DNA of 64,000 bases from the NCBI RefSeq assembly GCF_009914755.1, contig NC_060947.1, one strand, 5' to 3'. The notes beneath the pieces were generated by a model. That model was not told the DNA's origin. It did not search any database and saw nothing but the letters and a program-made list of their open reading frames with translations. The translations under genes were made by a program, and so were the position numbers. The DNA comes from the human T2T-CHM13v2.0 reference genome, Homo sapiens. Positions 13,501 to 24,347 of the stretch are shown piece after piece. Position 1 is the stretch's first letter. Each line of letters opens with the position of its first letter.

Positions 13501-16500
13501 TTCTTGACCCAAAGCTGTTGTCTTTGAACTTGTGCAACAACAAGCTGTACCAGCTGGATGGCCTTTCTGACATTACAGAGAAGGCTCCCAAAGTCAAGAC
13601 CCTGAATCTCTCCAAAAATAAGGTGAGAAGGGGGAGCCAGATCAACTTTGGGTGGAGGGCAGGACACATCAGGATAATGGCAACAGCCAGGCAGTGGCAC
13701 CTGTGGGTGACTATGAGGGCCGGGGGAATTCAGGGCCCAGGGTCCTGGGTGTCTCTCTTTCCCTGGCCCTCCTTCTCCAGTTTCCTCCCCATCTTTCTTA
13801 GCTGGAGTCGGCGTGGGAGTTGGGCAAGGTGAAAGGGCTGAAGCTCGAAGAGCTATGGCTAGAAGGGAACCCGTTGTGCAGCACCTTCTCGGACCAGTCC
13901 GCCTATGTAAGGTCAGTGGCAACCCCGGTCACCCTTCCTGGGCACCTTTGCTCCCTGGGTGACTGAGCTGTGTCTGAAGGTGCCCTTCTGCAGGAAGAAG
14001 CAGCCTTGGTCCTCTGGGAGGACCACAGACCTCCCTTCCTACTCTCTCTCTCTCTCTCTCTCTCTCCTCTCTCTCTGTCACTCACTCATCTGTGCTTAGA
14101 GGTCTCCTTTCCTTCCTCTGACATGGTCCCCTTTTCACCTGCTCTGGGGTGTGTTTCCCGCCTGTCTCCACCAAGCCTCCTCCAGTGTGCCCTCTGTGAG
14201 TGTGCTCCAGGAAGTGGGGCTCCCCCACCTCCCCAGGACCAGCAGTATTCAGATGCTGGTGCCCTGGACCGAGAAGAGTCCTTTAGTCCGGGGCTTCATG
14301 CTGAGACAGGCCTTCCTGCCTCCATGCTGCGATGGGGCTTCCCTCCCCTGTCCCAAGAGGGGTTCTCCTTCTCTTGCTCCAAAAAGGTCCCCCCACCTGT
14401 CCTGGGCTGGCATGGGGGCTTCCCTGCCCCATACTGAGGGCTGGGGCCCCGGGTGGCTGCTGTCATGCCATCTCTTCCTCTGGCCCAATGCCAGGAGCTG
14501 GGCCCTCCTTGGGGAGAAACCTGGGTTTCCTACGTCAAGGGGCCAGAAGCGGGCCACGTTCCTGAGGCAGGAGTGGAAGGCAGAGGGCAGAGGAGGTTGA
14601 GAAGACAGAAGGACAGGCCTCTCAGGGCACTGCCCCACCTTCCCTCCTTCTCCACCTCACATCGTCCTGCCTGGGCCCTCAGAGGAGCCCTGGGTAGCCC
14701 GAGATGGGTAGCATTCCTCGGTCAAGGCGTCAGCACAGAGGGGCACAGGAGTCAGGGACCATCAGAAGAGAATGCAGTGGTCTGGAGAGGGGGTCCCCAG
14801 ACTCTGAACCCCATGCTGAGCTGGGGCCTGACTCTTCACTCCTCCCGGGAGAAGGTCTCCTGTCCCCGTGGCTGCTCTGTTTCCCATGCCCAGCTCAGAC
14901 TGAGCTCACACAGGTGAGGAAGGCTCCAGCTGCATCCAGTGGGCCCCAGCCCAACAGGCGCATGTTTTCCTTTCCTGCCTCGGTCCCCAGGGCCAGCCAG
15001 GGAGCAGTGAGGGAAAGGGCTGCAGCAGGGGAGCCCTTTTCTCCTCTTCTCCTCCCTGAACTCCACCTCCGCAGTAGAGAGTCTTTCCCTTCCCTTTGCA
15101 TTGCATCCTGTTTCTCCCTTGTCTCTCCTCTCCTATGTCTCACCCATCCGTCCCTCCCCTACCTTCACCCCGTTTCTGTTGTTGTCCCCCCTGCCTTCCG
15201 CTTCCTGCCTCCTGAGTCCGGCCTCACTCACCTCCGTGTCCCAGCATCCTGGGCCATCCCTAAGGGCTGACCTGGTCTTGGCCAGGGCCTGGTCAGGCAG
15301 GTTGATGGACAGCCAGTGAGGTGGCAGAGCCCTGGGCTCCCACCCCATTTCCTGCTCCCTGCAGAGCCTTCCATGGTGACTTGGGCAAAGGGGAGGGAGG
15401 GAGAGGAAGAAAGCCCTGGAGCCTGGGCTCCCAGTGCTGCTTCTTGTAGCACTGGAGAAAAGGGAGTCAGGACAGTCTAGATGGAAGCTAACCAGGAGGA
15501 AGGAGAGGGAGGAGTGTGAGAGGGAGTGGGAGAGAGACTGTGCAACCCTGAACTGTCAGTCACTTCATTCAATTTTTGGTTTTGGACAGTGCCATCCGGG
15601 ATTGTTTCCCCAAGTTGTTACGCCTGGTAAGTATGTATAATACCGTCATCATTGTCTCCTCTTACTCAAGAAAAGGACCTCCACGCCTGCCCTCAAGTCC
15701 TTTGGGTCTTGCCTAGATTACATGCTTGTATCAGACCCTCATCCATTTTACAGGCATGGATTCCTGAAAAAGACAAGAATATTCTCCCTGGAAAATGTGT
15801 CCCCCCGCCGCCACCCCCCCCCCACACACACATTTGCATGTGATAGTAGAGATGTCCAGCACCCCATGAGAAAGCCACCCACTGGAATTTCCAGGGCCAT
15901 TTCCCACCTAGCCTCTGATGCTTGTCTCCCTGGGCATGTTCATCTTATCGATCATCCAGCTCCATCTCCTTGGTCTCCACTGCTGACTTCCTCTTTCCTT
16001 CTCCAGGACGGCCGAGAGTTATCCGCACCAGTGATTGTTGACATTGACAGCTCTGAGACAATGAAACCCTGCAAGGTGAGGAAGAAGGACCAAGCAAGAT
16101 TTGGGTTGCTGTAAGGGAGGCTTTGTCCACCGCATAGATCCAAATTGTCTTTTGATTTCAGGAAAACTTTACTGGATCTGAGACCCTAAAGCATTTAGTC
16201 CTGCAATTCCTGCAGCAGTGAGTATCCCTGGGACCATGAGGAAGGGGAGGGCTGAGACAGGCTGGGCCACCCGTGCAGCCTGGGAGTTTTCAAGTCTCAT
16301 CTGGGGCCCAGGCCACAGAGATAGCCTATCCTCACTGCTTCCCCACAGGTATTACTCGATCTATGACTCTGGAGATCGACAGGGTCTCCTCGGTGCTTAC
16401 CACGATGAGGCCTGCTTCTCCTTGGCTATTCCCTTCGACCCCAAGGACTCAGCCCCGTGAGTATCACGGCTCAGACCCTGCTCTGGGGCTGTGTGTCTCC

Positions 16501-19500
16501 CCAGCAGACACAGGCCAACTCCTGGAAATGCCCACACTGGCCGGACCACCCACTCCTGCTCCTCTTTTTCTCCTAGGAGCAGCTTGTGCAAGTACTTTGA
16601 GGATAGCAGGAATATGAAAACACTCAAGGACCCCTGTAAGTGTGTGATGGGGAAGAGTGGGCAAGGTAAGGGGGTGTGATGGGAACAATCACAGGGGCCA
16701 AGGACCAGGATGTGGTAGCCCCCCGCCCTGCCCCGCCCACCCTGCCATTCCTTGCTTCTCCTCTCCTCTACAGACCTGAAGGGGGAACTGCTGAGGCGCA
16801 CAAAACGTGACATTGTGGACTCCCTCAGTGCGTTGCCCAAAACTCAGCATGACCTCAGCTCCATCCTGGTGGACGTGTGGTGCCAGACGGTGAGCACCTG
16901 CTTCCTCCCTTGGGCAGGCCCAGAGAGCCAGAGGTGGGTAGGAGGTTAAGGAGGATCCTGAGCACCTGAGCGCTTCCTTTTCAGGAAAGGATGCTCTGCT
17001 TTTCTGTCAATGGGGTTTTCAAGGAAGGTGAGTGTCTGTATAGTCCCCTCCCCAGATCCCCCACTGCTCCCTCCCCCTGGCTGGGCTCCCTCTCAGAACT
17101 CCCCCAGCTTCCCTGCTTTCGTTCCTTTCCTTTCCTTCCTCTTCTTTCTTCCGTGTTTTCCCACCCCCACTCTGCCTTCAAACCACCCTGATCTGACCTA
17201 GGTCCATGCCTGTCTGCCCTGCACAGCTCAGGCGTGCGTTAAGGACACAGACTGTGGAGTTTGACAGCTCTCATCCCAGGTCCTTACTCTGTGAACTTGT
17301 GCTGGTTACTTAACCCTTCAGTTTCCTCATTTGCAAAATGGGGCTAATAATCTATCTCTTGGGCTACTGTGAAATAGGAATTAAGTGAACTTGTGGTTTT
17401 CCCAGGGCCCCACACATGATAGGGGCCCTGTCACTGGGAGCGGATTGTTCCTGTTGCTGCCCTCCCCATTCCTGCCACATCCGCCTGACTCCAAGTGAAC
17501 AATTGTCCTGGTCTGCCCCCTCCCCCCCTTCTGTGTGAGTGTCAAGCAATACTCTGACTGGGGATCACCGTGTGAGCATGTTAAAGCCTGTGCAACTCTA
17601 AGGTGGTGGTGTTTGTTGTCTTTGAAGTGGAAGGACAGTCTCAGGGTTCTGTTCTCGCCTTCACCCGGACCTTCATTGCTACCCCTGGCAGCAGTTCCAG
17701 GTTAGTGCTGTGTTGTGGGTGGGAGCACCCATCCAAGCTTGGGGCCAGTGTTGTGGAAATGTGGTGGGTGCAGTCCTCCGGGTGTTCTCAATATTGTGGA
17801 AGGCCGACAGGAAGATCCAAGGAGCAGTCTAGCCTAGTGTTTAAGAGTGTGGGCCCTGGAGTCAGAATACAGATTCTGTTCCTCACTCCAACACTCACAA
17901 ACTGTGTGACCTTGATCAACTTATTCGACCACTCTGTGATTCAGTGCCTTTTTCTGAAAATTGGAATAAGACTATCCACTTCCTTGGGCTGTTGTACAGG
18001 GTAAATGCGTTGGGGTTGGATCTAAAAATCTAGTGAAGCTGGTAGACAGTCCCTCCAAAGGTGGACTCTGTGGGAGGGTTAGAGGGTACCAGCCAAAAAA
18101 TCTGGGAGGCAGGCACAGTTAGGGATATGGAAGGAATTTGGTTGTTGAGTGGCAGTGGTTAAGAAGGATCCTGTTGTTGGGGGTGCGGAGTTATCTACTT
18201 GTCCAGTTTGAGGGTGCATTTTTCTTTCCTCCAGTCTGTGCATCGTGAATGACGAGCTGTTTGTGAGGGATGCCAGCCCCCAAGAGACTCAGAGTGCCTT
18301 CTCCATCCCAGTGTCCACACTCTCCTCCAGCTCTGAGCCCTCCCTCTCCCAGGAGCAGCAGGAAATGGTGCAGGCTTTCTCTGCCCAGTCTGGGATGAAA
18401 CTGGAGTGGTCTCAGAAGTGAGTGCTGGGAGTACATGGGGATGGGGGCTGTTGGGACATCAGAGGAATGAGTAATGGAAACTCACATGCAATTTGGAAAA
18501 ATAACTATCTGGGTATTTTGCTTCCAAAAAAAGTGGGTCCATGAAAAAGGTATCATACTTTTATACTGGTATATGTAAATATTTTTTTAAATGGCATAAT
18601 GCCCAAATGACATTACCTTCCATTTGTAAAATCTGAAAGAATCAACCACAATAAACTACTGATAAACCAGGTCAGCAAGGTTGAAAGATACAATATACAA
18701 AAATCATTTGTACTTCTATGTAGTTGCAATGGACAATCCAAAAAAATGAAATTAAGAAAATAAGTCCATCTACAGTAGCATCGAAAAGAAGAAAGTATGT
18801 AGGAACAAAATTAAGAGAAGAAGCGCAAATCTTGTACTCTGAAATCTGCAAAACATTGCTGAAAAAAATTAAAGAAGACCTAAATACGTGGAAAGGCATC
18901 CCACGTTCATAGATTGGAAGACTTAATATCATTACGATGGCAGTACCACCCAGAACAATCTACAGATTCATTGCAGTCCCTGACAGAATCCCAACTGACT
19001 TCTTTGCAGAAATTGACAAGGTAATCCCAAAATTCATGTGGAAATGCAGTGGACCCCAAACAGCCAAAACCATCTTGAAAGAGAAGAACAACGTTAGAAG
19101 ACTCACACTTCCCGATTTCAGAACTTGCTACAAAACTACATTAATCAAGACTGTATGGTACCGACATAGGAACAGACGTGGGAATCAATGGAATATAATT
19201 GAGAGTCCACAGATAATCTCACGTATTTATGTCCAGTTGATTATCATTCAGGGTGCTGAAAAAATCCAATGGAGAAAAAAAATAGTCTTCTTAACAAATG
19301 GTGCTGGGAGAAGTGGATATCCACTTGCAAAACAATTAATTTTGACCCCTAACTCACATCACGTGCAAACACTGGCAGAAAATGGATCAATGACCTAAAA
19401 TAAGAGCCAGAACTGTAAAACACTGTAAGTGTACATCTTCATTACCTTGAATTAGGCAACCATTTCTTACATATGAAACCAAAAGCACAAGCAACCAAAG

Positions 19501-21079
19501 AAAAAATAGGTAAATTGGACTTCATCTAAATTAAAAGCTTTTGTGCATCAGCAGACACTATCAAGAAAGCGGAAAACCGACTGGTGGGAACAAGGGAAAA
19601 TATTTGCAAATCACATCGCCGACAAGAAGAACCCTTACAACTCAACAACAAACAGACAAGCCACCGAATTAAAAAATGGGGAAATGATTTGAATAGATGT
19701 TTCTCCAAAGGAGATATACAAATGACCAAGAAGCACGTGAAAATCTTCTCAACATCGTTAGTCATTAGGGAAACGCATATCGAAACCACAGTGAGTTACC
19801 ACTTCATACCCACTACGCTAGCTTTAGTCCATAAAAGGAAACATGACAAATGTCGGTGAGAATGCAGAGAAATTGGAAATCTCATGTATTACTACTGGGA
19901 ACATAAAGTGGAGCAGTTGCTGGCAAAAAGATTTTGGCAGTTCCTCAAAATCTTAAACATGGAGTTACCACATGATCCAGTAATCCCACTCCTAAGTGTA
20001 TACCAAAAGAAATGAAAATATATGCCCATTCAACAACTTGCACATGAATTTCCGTAGTGGCATTATTCCAAATAGCCAAAAAATGGAAACACATGGATTG
20101 ACCTTCAGCTGATGAATGGATAATGTGGTACATCCATACGGTGGAATATTATTAGAATATTATTCATCCACAAAAAAGGATGTAGTTGTGATATATGCTA
20201 TGACGTGGATGAACCCTGAAAACATTATGTGCTAAGTGGGAGCACCCAGTCACAAAAAGCCACATAATTATATGATTCCATTCATACGAAGTGTTCAGAA
20301 TAGCCAGATCCGTAGAGACCGAAAGCAGAGTAGTGGTTGCCAAGATCTGGGGAAGAGGGAGAACAGGGAGTGATCTCTAACAGTTAAGGAGTTTCTTTTT
20401 GAGGTGATAAAAACAGTTTGGAATTAGATAGGTGTGATGGTTGCACAATCTTGTGAATAGACTTAAAAGCACTGAATTGTACACCTTAAAATGGTGACTG
20501 CTACAGTATGTGCATTATATCTCAATAGAAAAGAAACGTATTATTGAATTTCCACTTGTTATTTCTTGAACATCTTTCTTTATCAATATGTATTAAGCTC
20601 CCTTGTTCATTTGAATACCGCTATGTTTCTGATTTGAATTCTAGTGGGCATTAATGTCAGGGATGGGCGTTTTGGTTTTCCCCAGGCCTTTTTTCATTGT
20701 TACAATAGTGCTCATATTGGTACATGTGACCCAGCAAAAAGGTAGCATAGATTAAGGGTGGCATTGCATAGTCAGCGTGTCTGTCCTGGGCTAGTAATGG
20801 AGAGCACCTGTTCTTCTCCCACCCCAGGTGCCTTCAGGACAATGAGTGGAACTACACTAGAGCTGGCCAGGCCTTCACTATGCTCCAGGTGAGGTCTGGG
20901 AATCAAGTGGGTAAAAGACAGCTGTCTCTGGGTCGTCAGGAGGGCCAAGAAGATGGAGGCCAGGTAGTGTGGGGATGGAACCCAGTGCACCTGGCTCTAC
21001 TAACATCCCAACTCCTTTTCTTTACTTTCTCTAGACCGAGGGCAAGATCCCCGCAGAGGCCTTCAAGCAAATCTCCTAA
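1651..21079 (+). CDS. NXF2: Nuclear RNA export factor 2 (TAP/NXF1 paralogue), complete spliced CDS, 21 coding exons, 1881 nt = 626 aa + stop
   Basis: Manually spliced at GT-AG sites: 1651-1693,11531-11720,11947-12097,12401-12484,12596-12700,12816-12896,13080-13149,13306-13394,13515-13622,13802-13911,15590-15626,16007-16075,16162-16217,16349-16456,16577-16635,16774-16889,16985-17027,17628-17700,18235-18417,20828-20888,21035-21079. All phases are compatible. The protein [19 protein letters not shown]...[13 protein letters not shown] has RRM, LRR ([23 protein letters not shown]), NTF2-like and TAP-C/UBA domains. The NXF2 vs NXF2B naming assumes reference orientation. Confidence 0.96.
2270..2930. 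mobile_element. MIR split by an MLT1-family (MaLR) LTR at ~2410-2810
   Basis: MIR motifs (acagatgaga..., aagtacttgcctaacatcaca, ggatttgaatcc) flank MLT1 motifs (cattggccagagctagtcacatg). Confidence 0.6.
3430..4330 (+). mobile_element. Old L1M ORF2 remnant
   Basis: A-rich, decayed L1 motifs (tttaatcccaagcatgcaagctgagtttaacatt; attctgttcaatgtcgtactg). Confidence 0.6.
4469..4555. repeat. (TC)n(CA)n compound microsatellite
   Basis: Direct observation. Confidence 0.9.
5200..5375. mobile_element. MER5-family DNA transposon fragment
   Basis: ttttcaaccttggttgcacac ... ggttgagaactgct termini. Confidence 0.55.
5960..6240 (+). mobile_element. L1M (ME/MB-type) 3' end
   Basis: aaattatggtatatccat..., catggatgggtctcagaaacattatg, gttctatatcttgattgaggtggt. 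Confidence 0.6.
6790..10143 (-). pseudogene. Probable decayed multi-exon gene antisense within the NXF2 intron (unidentified)
   Basis: Exon-like blocks with AG/GT sites and partly compatible phases: 9881-10143, 9578-9640, 9274-9356, 9145-9165, 8573-8748, 7667-7836, 7375-7524, ~6790-6910; in-frame stops are mostly TGA/TAA. Confidence 0.45.
7070..7320. mobile_element. MIR
   Basis: atttatagtgctt..., catgaggtagaaactgtt, ttgccttggatca, ggattgaaatcc. Confidence 0.55.
10165..10460. mobile_element. L2 fragment
   Basis: gattttgagtaaaggaatgaca, ctctggatatattttaaaggtagagcc. Confidence 0.65.
11531..11720 (+). CDS. NXF2: NXF2 coding exon 2
   Basis: ttctcag|[12 protein letters not shown]...KDQQLR, CA|GTAAGT. 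Confidence 0.94.
11947..12097 (+). CDS. NXF2: NXF2 coding exon 3
   Basis: [13 protein letters not shown]...NWFKVT, ACA|GTGAGT. Confidence 0.94.
12401..12484 (+). CDS. NXF2: NXF2 coding exon 4 (RRM)
   Basis: [28 protein letters not shown]. Confidence 0.94.
12596..12700 (+). CDS. NXF2: NXF2 coding exon 5 (RRM)
   Basis: [35 protein letters not shown]. Confidence 0.94.
12816..12896 (+). CDS. NXF2: NXF2 coding exon 6
   Basis: [27 protein letters not shown]. Confidence 0.94.
12974..13040 (+). repeat. (CAC)n trinucleotide repeat with two CAT interruptions in intron 6; mirror 63186-63252
   Basis: Direct observation. Confidence 0.95.
13080..13149 (+). CDS. NXF2: NXF2 coding exon 7
   Basis: [23 protein letters not shown]. 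Confidence 0.94.
13306..13394 (+). CDS. NXF2: NXF2 coding exon 8
   Basis: [30 protein letters not shown]; AAG acceptor. Confidence 0.93.
13515..13622 (+). CDS. NXF2: NXF2 coding exon 9 (LRR)
   Basis: [36 protein letters not shown]; AAG acceptor. Confidence 0.93.
13802..13911 (+). CDS. NXF2: NXF2 coding exon 10 (110 nt, LRR)
   Basis: [38 protein letters not shown]|GTCAGT. Confidence 0.94.
15590..15626 (+). CDS. NXF2: NXF2 coding exon 11 (37 nt)
   Basis: [15 protein letters not shown]|GTAAGT. Confidence 0.93.
16007..16075 (+). CDS. NXF2: NXF2 coding exon 12
   Basis: [23 protein letters not shown]. Confidence 0.93.
16162..16217 (+). CDS. NXF2: NXF2 coding exon 13
   Basis: [18 protein letters not shown]. 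Confidence 0.93.
16349..16456 (+). CDS. NXF2: NXF2 coding exon 14 (NTF2-like)
   Basis: [35 protein letters not shown]. Confidence 0.94.
16577..16635 (+). CDS. NXF2: NXF2 coding exon 15
   Basis: [19 protein letters not shown]. Confidence 0.93.
16774..16889 (+). CDS. NXF2: NXF2 coding exon 16
   Basis: [38 protein letters not shown]. Confidence 0.94.
16985..17027 (+). CDS. NXF2: NXF2 coding exon 17
   Basis: [14 protein letters not shown]. Confidence 0.93.
17250..18010. mobile_element. Two MIR fragments (~17250-17420, ~17830-18010) in introns 17 and 18
   Basis: MIR core cagtttcctcatttgcaaaatggg; ctgtgtgaccttgatcaacttatt. Confidence 0.6.
17628..17700 (+). CDS. NXF2: NXF2 coding exon 18
   Basis: [23 protein letters not shown]; AAG acceptor. 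Confidence 0.92.
18235..18417 (+). CDS. NXF2: NXF2 coding exon 19
   Basis: [12 protein letters not shown]...[19 protein letters not shown]. Confidence 0.94.
18590..20530 (+). mobile_element. 5'-truncated L1 (L1MB-like), ORF2 3' part plus 3'UTR, in intron 19
   Basis: ORF2-like peptides ([45 protein letters not shown]) and an L1MB-type 3'UTR. Confidence 0.88.
20828..20888 (+). CDS. NXF2: NXF2 coding exon 20 (TAP-C/UBA)
   Basis: [20 protein letters not shown]. Confidence 0.94.
21035..21079 (+). CDS. NXF2: NXF2 last coding exon, TAA at 21077-21079
   Basis: [14 protein letters not shown]. Confidence 0.94.
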   Translation, partial: TEGKIPAEAFKQIS

Positions 21080-21259
21080 AAGGAGCCCTCCGATGTCTTC
21101 TTTGTCTTCGTTCACATCCTCTTTGTTTCCTCTTTTCACCAGCCTAAGGCCTGGCTGACCAGGAAGCCAACGTTAACTTGCAGGCCACGTGACATAACCA
21201 CCCAAAGAGCCAGTTGCTCTGTGTATTCGCCCCACTCATGATCACCATTTTATTTTCAT

Positions 21260-21265
21260 AATAAA
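21260..21265 (+). terminator. Polyadenylation signal AATAAA of NXF2
   Basis: AATAAA ~180 nt after the stop, followed by GT-rich ttgtacattgtgtg. Confidence 0.8.
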
Positions 21266-22596
21266 GAGTGACGTTACACGTTGTACATTGTGTGCCCTGG
21301 ATTGCTCTTCCCCTGCCCCAGCCGTGAGCCAGCGGGACCAGGACTGAAAGCACTGCATCCCTGTTCATCCCTGGCTGGCCTTAGCAGATACATGAATCTG
21401 GCTTGCCTTCATAGGTAATTTTGTCCGTAAATCCTCATGAGAAAGGACACACGCTCCTTCCAGAGACTGGCCTTGAGAGACAGTTGGACTCTGTCAGATG
21501 CTCGACCTGGAGGCCCACAGAAGCAGGCATGTTACCTTGGCACACCAGGGGCTTCCATCCACCGTCCCGACCCCTCCCTTTCCCAAAGGTGCACTTTTCG
21601 AGGAGTCGTCTCAGGGTAGCACCTGCGGCGGGGGGTGGCGGGGGAGGGGGATACTCAGCCCATCTACCCGGCACACTCCTCAGAGAGCTGACACCGGGTG
21701 CTCCATGTCCATGTTCTTGAAGGGGATCAGCCATTTATTTTCACTTCTAAACAAACAGCGATAGCACAGAATCTCACCTTATGGTCAGTTCTCAACAACT
21801 GGCATTTAGCAGTTCCTAATTGCAGGCAAGAGTTGAACGAAACGTTTGCACAATTTATTGTCCACACTCCTGTGATGCTTGCACGTTAGACAATCAGCTG
21901 GCATACTTTTCGAAATTAAAATAATAGCAGTGTGACGTTTTCAAGTCACAGTCCTATAAATGGTGACATAGGAGAAGTACCACCAGTTTACAAATTATGC
22001 CTCCACTTTCGTGTTTGGCATACGTTACTTCCTACCACTTGCCGCCTTCCTACCACTTGCCACTTTTCAGTTCTTTATGTACATGTACATTAGGGAACCA
22101 TATGTTGGAGTGTGGATTTCATAAAACTAGGAACTAAGGGGATAGTTGCCATTACAAAAAGAATATGCCAACCTTGTTCTTCCCTGTAGTGCTTCAATAG
22201 TCGAAGACAAGCTCCTATACCTCTCTAAGCCTTGGTCCTCTCACCCAGGGAGCAGAGACTACAATGTGTGCTTCTCAGCCTCATCGTGGGGACTAGAGAT
22301 GGCCTCACATGTTACCCATCAACCACAGTGTCTATTCAGCTCAGGCTCTCAGAGCTACCAGGGTTCCTTTGTGGACAGGAACCATGGAACCCATCACATG
22401 GCCCCTCTGCTTCCTCTCTCTACATCATCAGGCTTCCACAGCCTGGACCTCCTTCCCTAGCCAGCTCTGACGTCCTGGTCTTCCAGTCACTCATCCTCCT
22501 GCCAATTCCCACGATTTCCTGTGGTCCTATCCTCCCAGCACATGCTAACTCTGACACCTGAACTCACTCTCTCATCTCTCGTGCGCTCTACCTCTA

Positions 22597-22637
22597 TACA
22601 CACACACACACACACACATCATCATCATCATCATCAT
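22597..22637. repeat. (CA)n(TCA)n microsatellite; mirror ~53589-53629
   Basis: Direct observation. Confidence 0.85.
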
Positions 22638-23287
22638 CTGCAAATGGTCCATTAGGAGACAATCTTGGAAGTTTAAATGGTGAGGCAAAGTGTATGGCTT
22701 CCCAAGATTATTTCTGAAGTTGGAGGGAGGAGACAAGAGTACTCACATACATTGCTTCCGAGCATGTAAATTGACATAGCCATTTTTTAGAATCATTGAG
22801 AACAATTCACTCATAAATAATTGAATAAATATATATGTGCACATAAATATATATGCACACTTTTTATATAAGAGAAATCATAATGCAGATGCAGTTTAAT
22901 ATCCGTTTCATTTTAGTTAAAGTCATTAACATAAAGCTATGCATGTCATCATGCTATAATTTTATGTAGATCTGCAGTGATGACTTTCTTTTATTCTTGA
23001 CATTGTTCATTTATGTGCTAATTGTGTGGAGTGTGGAGGGGAAACTTTGATTAGGACAGAAAGGAGCATACGGCAGCCACAGCCAGGAGAGTCCATCCAC
23101 AACTGCTCTGTTCTTTTCCTTGGGCCTTGGCACACTCTCCTTAGGGATAGGGTGGCAGGGAGGCTGGGGCTGTGGAATTCATAAGGGCTCATCCCTGAGA
23201 AGAGGCATTATTTCCCATATGTCACTTGTTTTCCTGCCCACTGCATATGATGGCATCAAGTTTATAGACACCTCCAACAGGGTGTAC

Positions 23288-23405
23288 TTTTTTTTAGAGT
23301 TGGGGTCTCATTATGTTGCCCAGGCTGGACTCTTAACTCCTGGGTGCAAACTCCTGGGCTCAAGCAGTCCTTCAGCCTCAGCCTCAAGAGTAGCTGGGAT
23401 TACAG
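23288..23405 (-). mobile_element. Alu monomer (FLAM-like); mirror 52821-52938
   Basis: ggggtctcattatgttgcccaggctgg...gtagctgggattacag. Confidence 0.8.
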
Positions 23406-23984
23406 TCACCCAGCAAAGTTGCACTTCTTACAAAGGTTGCTGGTGTGGGCGGGTGGTGGACCCCTCCCTGTCTTCATCAGAGCACAGGAACCTCCATGTG
23501 GAAGGAGTCCAGAAGCAACTGCAGGAACACCAGGGTGAGTGGCCTTGATGATGCCCTTTTCTATCCCTCATCTCCAAGTAAATTTTGTGCCTTCCCTCAG
23601 AATACCTCTGGCTCCTGTGTATTAGTCTGCACTCCTAATAGTTTGTCCCAGAACTTGCCTCCAACTGATTCCCTTACCCCAGGGTTCCTGCCTATAGCTC
23701 CTGCCCTCAGCCCTACTGCATAACTGCTGCTGATCTTTGCAAACATGGATTCCATTCATCCTAGTTGTCTGCTCATGAGGCCTTAATGGCATCATTCCAT
23801 TAATGATCTCAGAATTCCCCTCCATGCAGCACTCCTTATGATCCCACCCTCCTGTTACCCCTGTGCTGGAGAAAGCCAGTGGTTGGATATGAACCCTTCT
23901 CCCCTTCAATGGCCACATCCAAGAGCACGAACCTAGATATTTGGTCCAACATTATTCCAAATGCCTTCCATTATTCTAAAAATA

Positions 23985-24347
23985 CCTTCTGTGAAGGTAT
24001 TTTTAGATGAGATTGCCATTTAGATCTGTAGACTTTGAGTAAAGCAGATTACCCTGCACAATGTGGGTTGGCCTTATCCAATCAGTTGAAGGCCTTCAGG
24101 AGTAAAAAGATTTACCTGCCTTGAGGAAGAGGGAATTCTGCCAGCAAAATGCCTTCAGACTTGAACTGCAGCTCTTCATTGGGTCTCCAGCCTGCCAGCC
24201 TTCCCTGCATGCTTTCCAGGCTCCAGGTTCACGGGAGCCAATTTCTAAAAAAGTGCACACACACACACACACAAACGAGACACACACACACACACACACA
24301 CACACACCCCTTGCTGGTTCTGTTTCTTGGTGGATCCCTAATATACC
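23985..24347 (+). mobile_element. MLT2 (ERVL) LTR with internal (CA)n; mirror 51879-52241
   Basis: gtaaagcagattaccct..., atccaatcagttgaaggcc, gggtctccagcctgc, ggttctgtttct. Confidence 0.75.

Noticed and set aside
13970-15452. Many 130-190 aa ORFs in intron 10
   Set aside because: GC-rich, stop-poor sequence open in several frames at once; no recognisable homology
18937-19398. 153-aa ORF resembling a reverse-transcriptase-protein C-terminus
   Set aside because: Fragment of a dead L1 ORF2
22028-22063. Short tandem duplication cttcctaccacttgcc
   Set aside because: Ordinary slippage duplication; no functional hint
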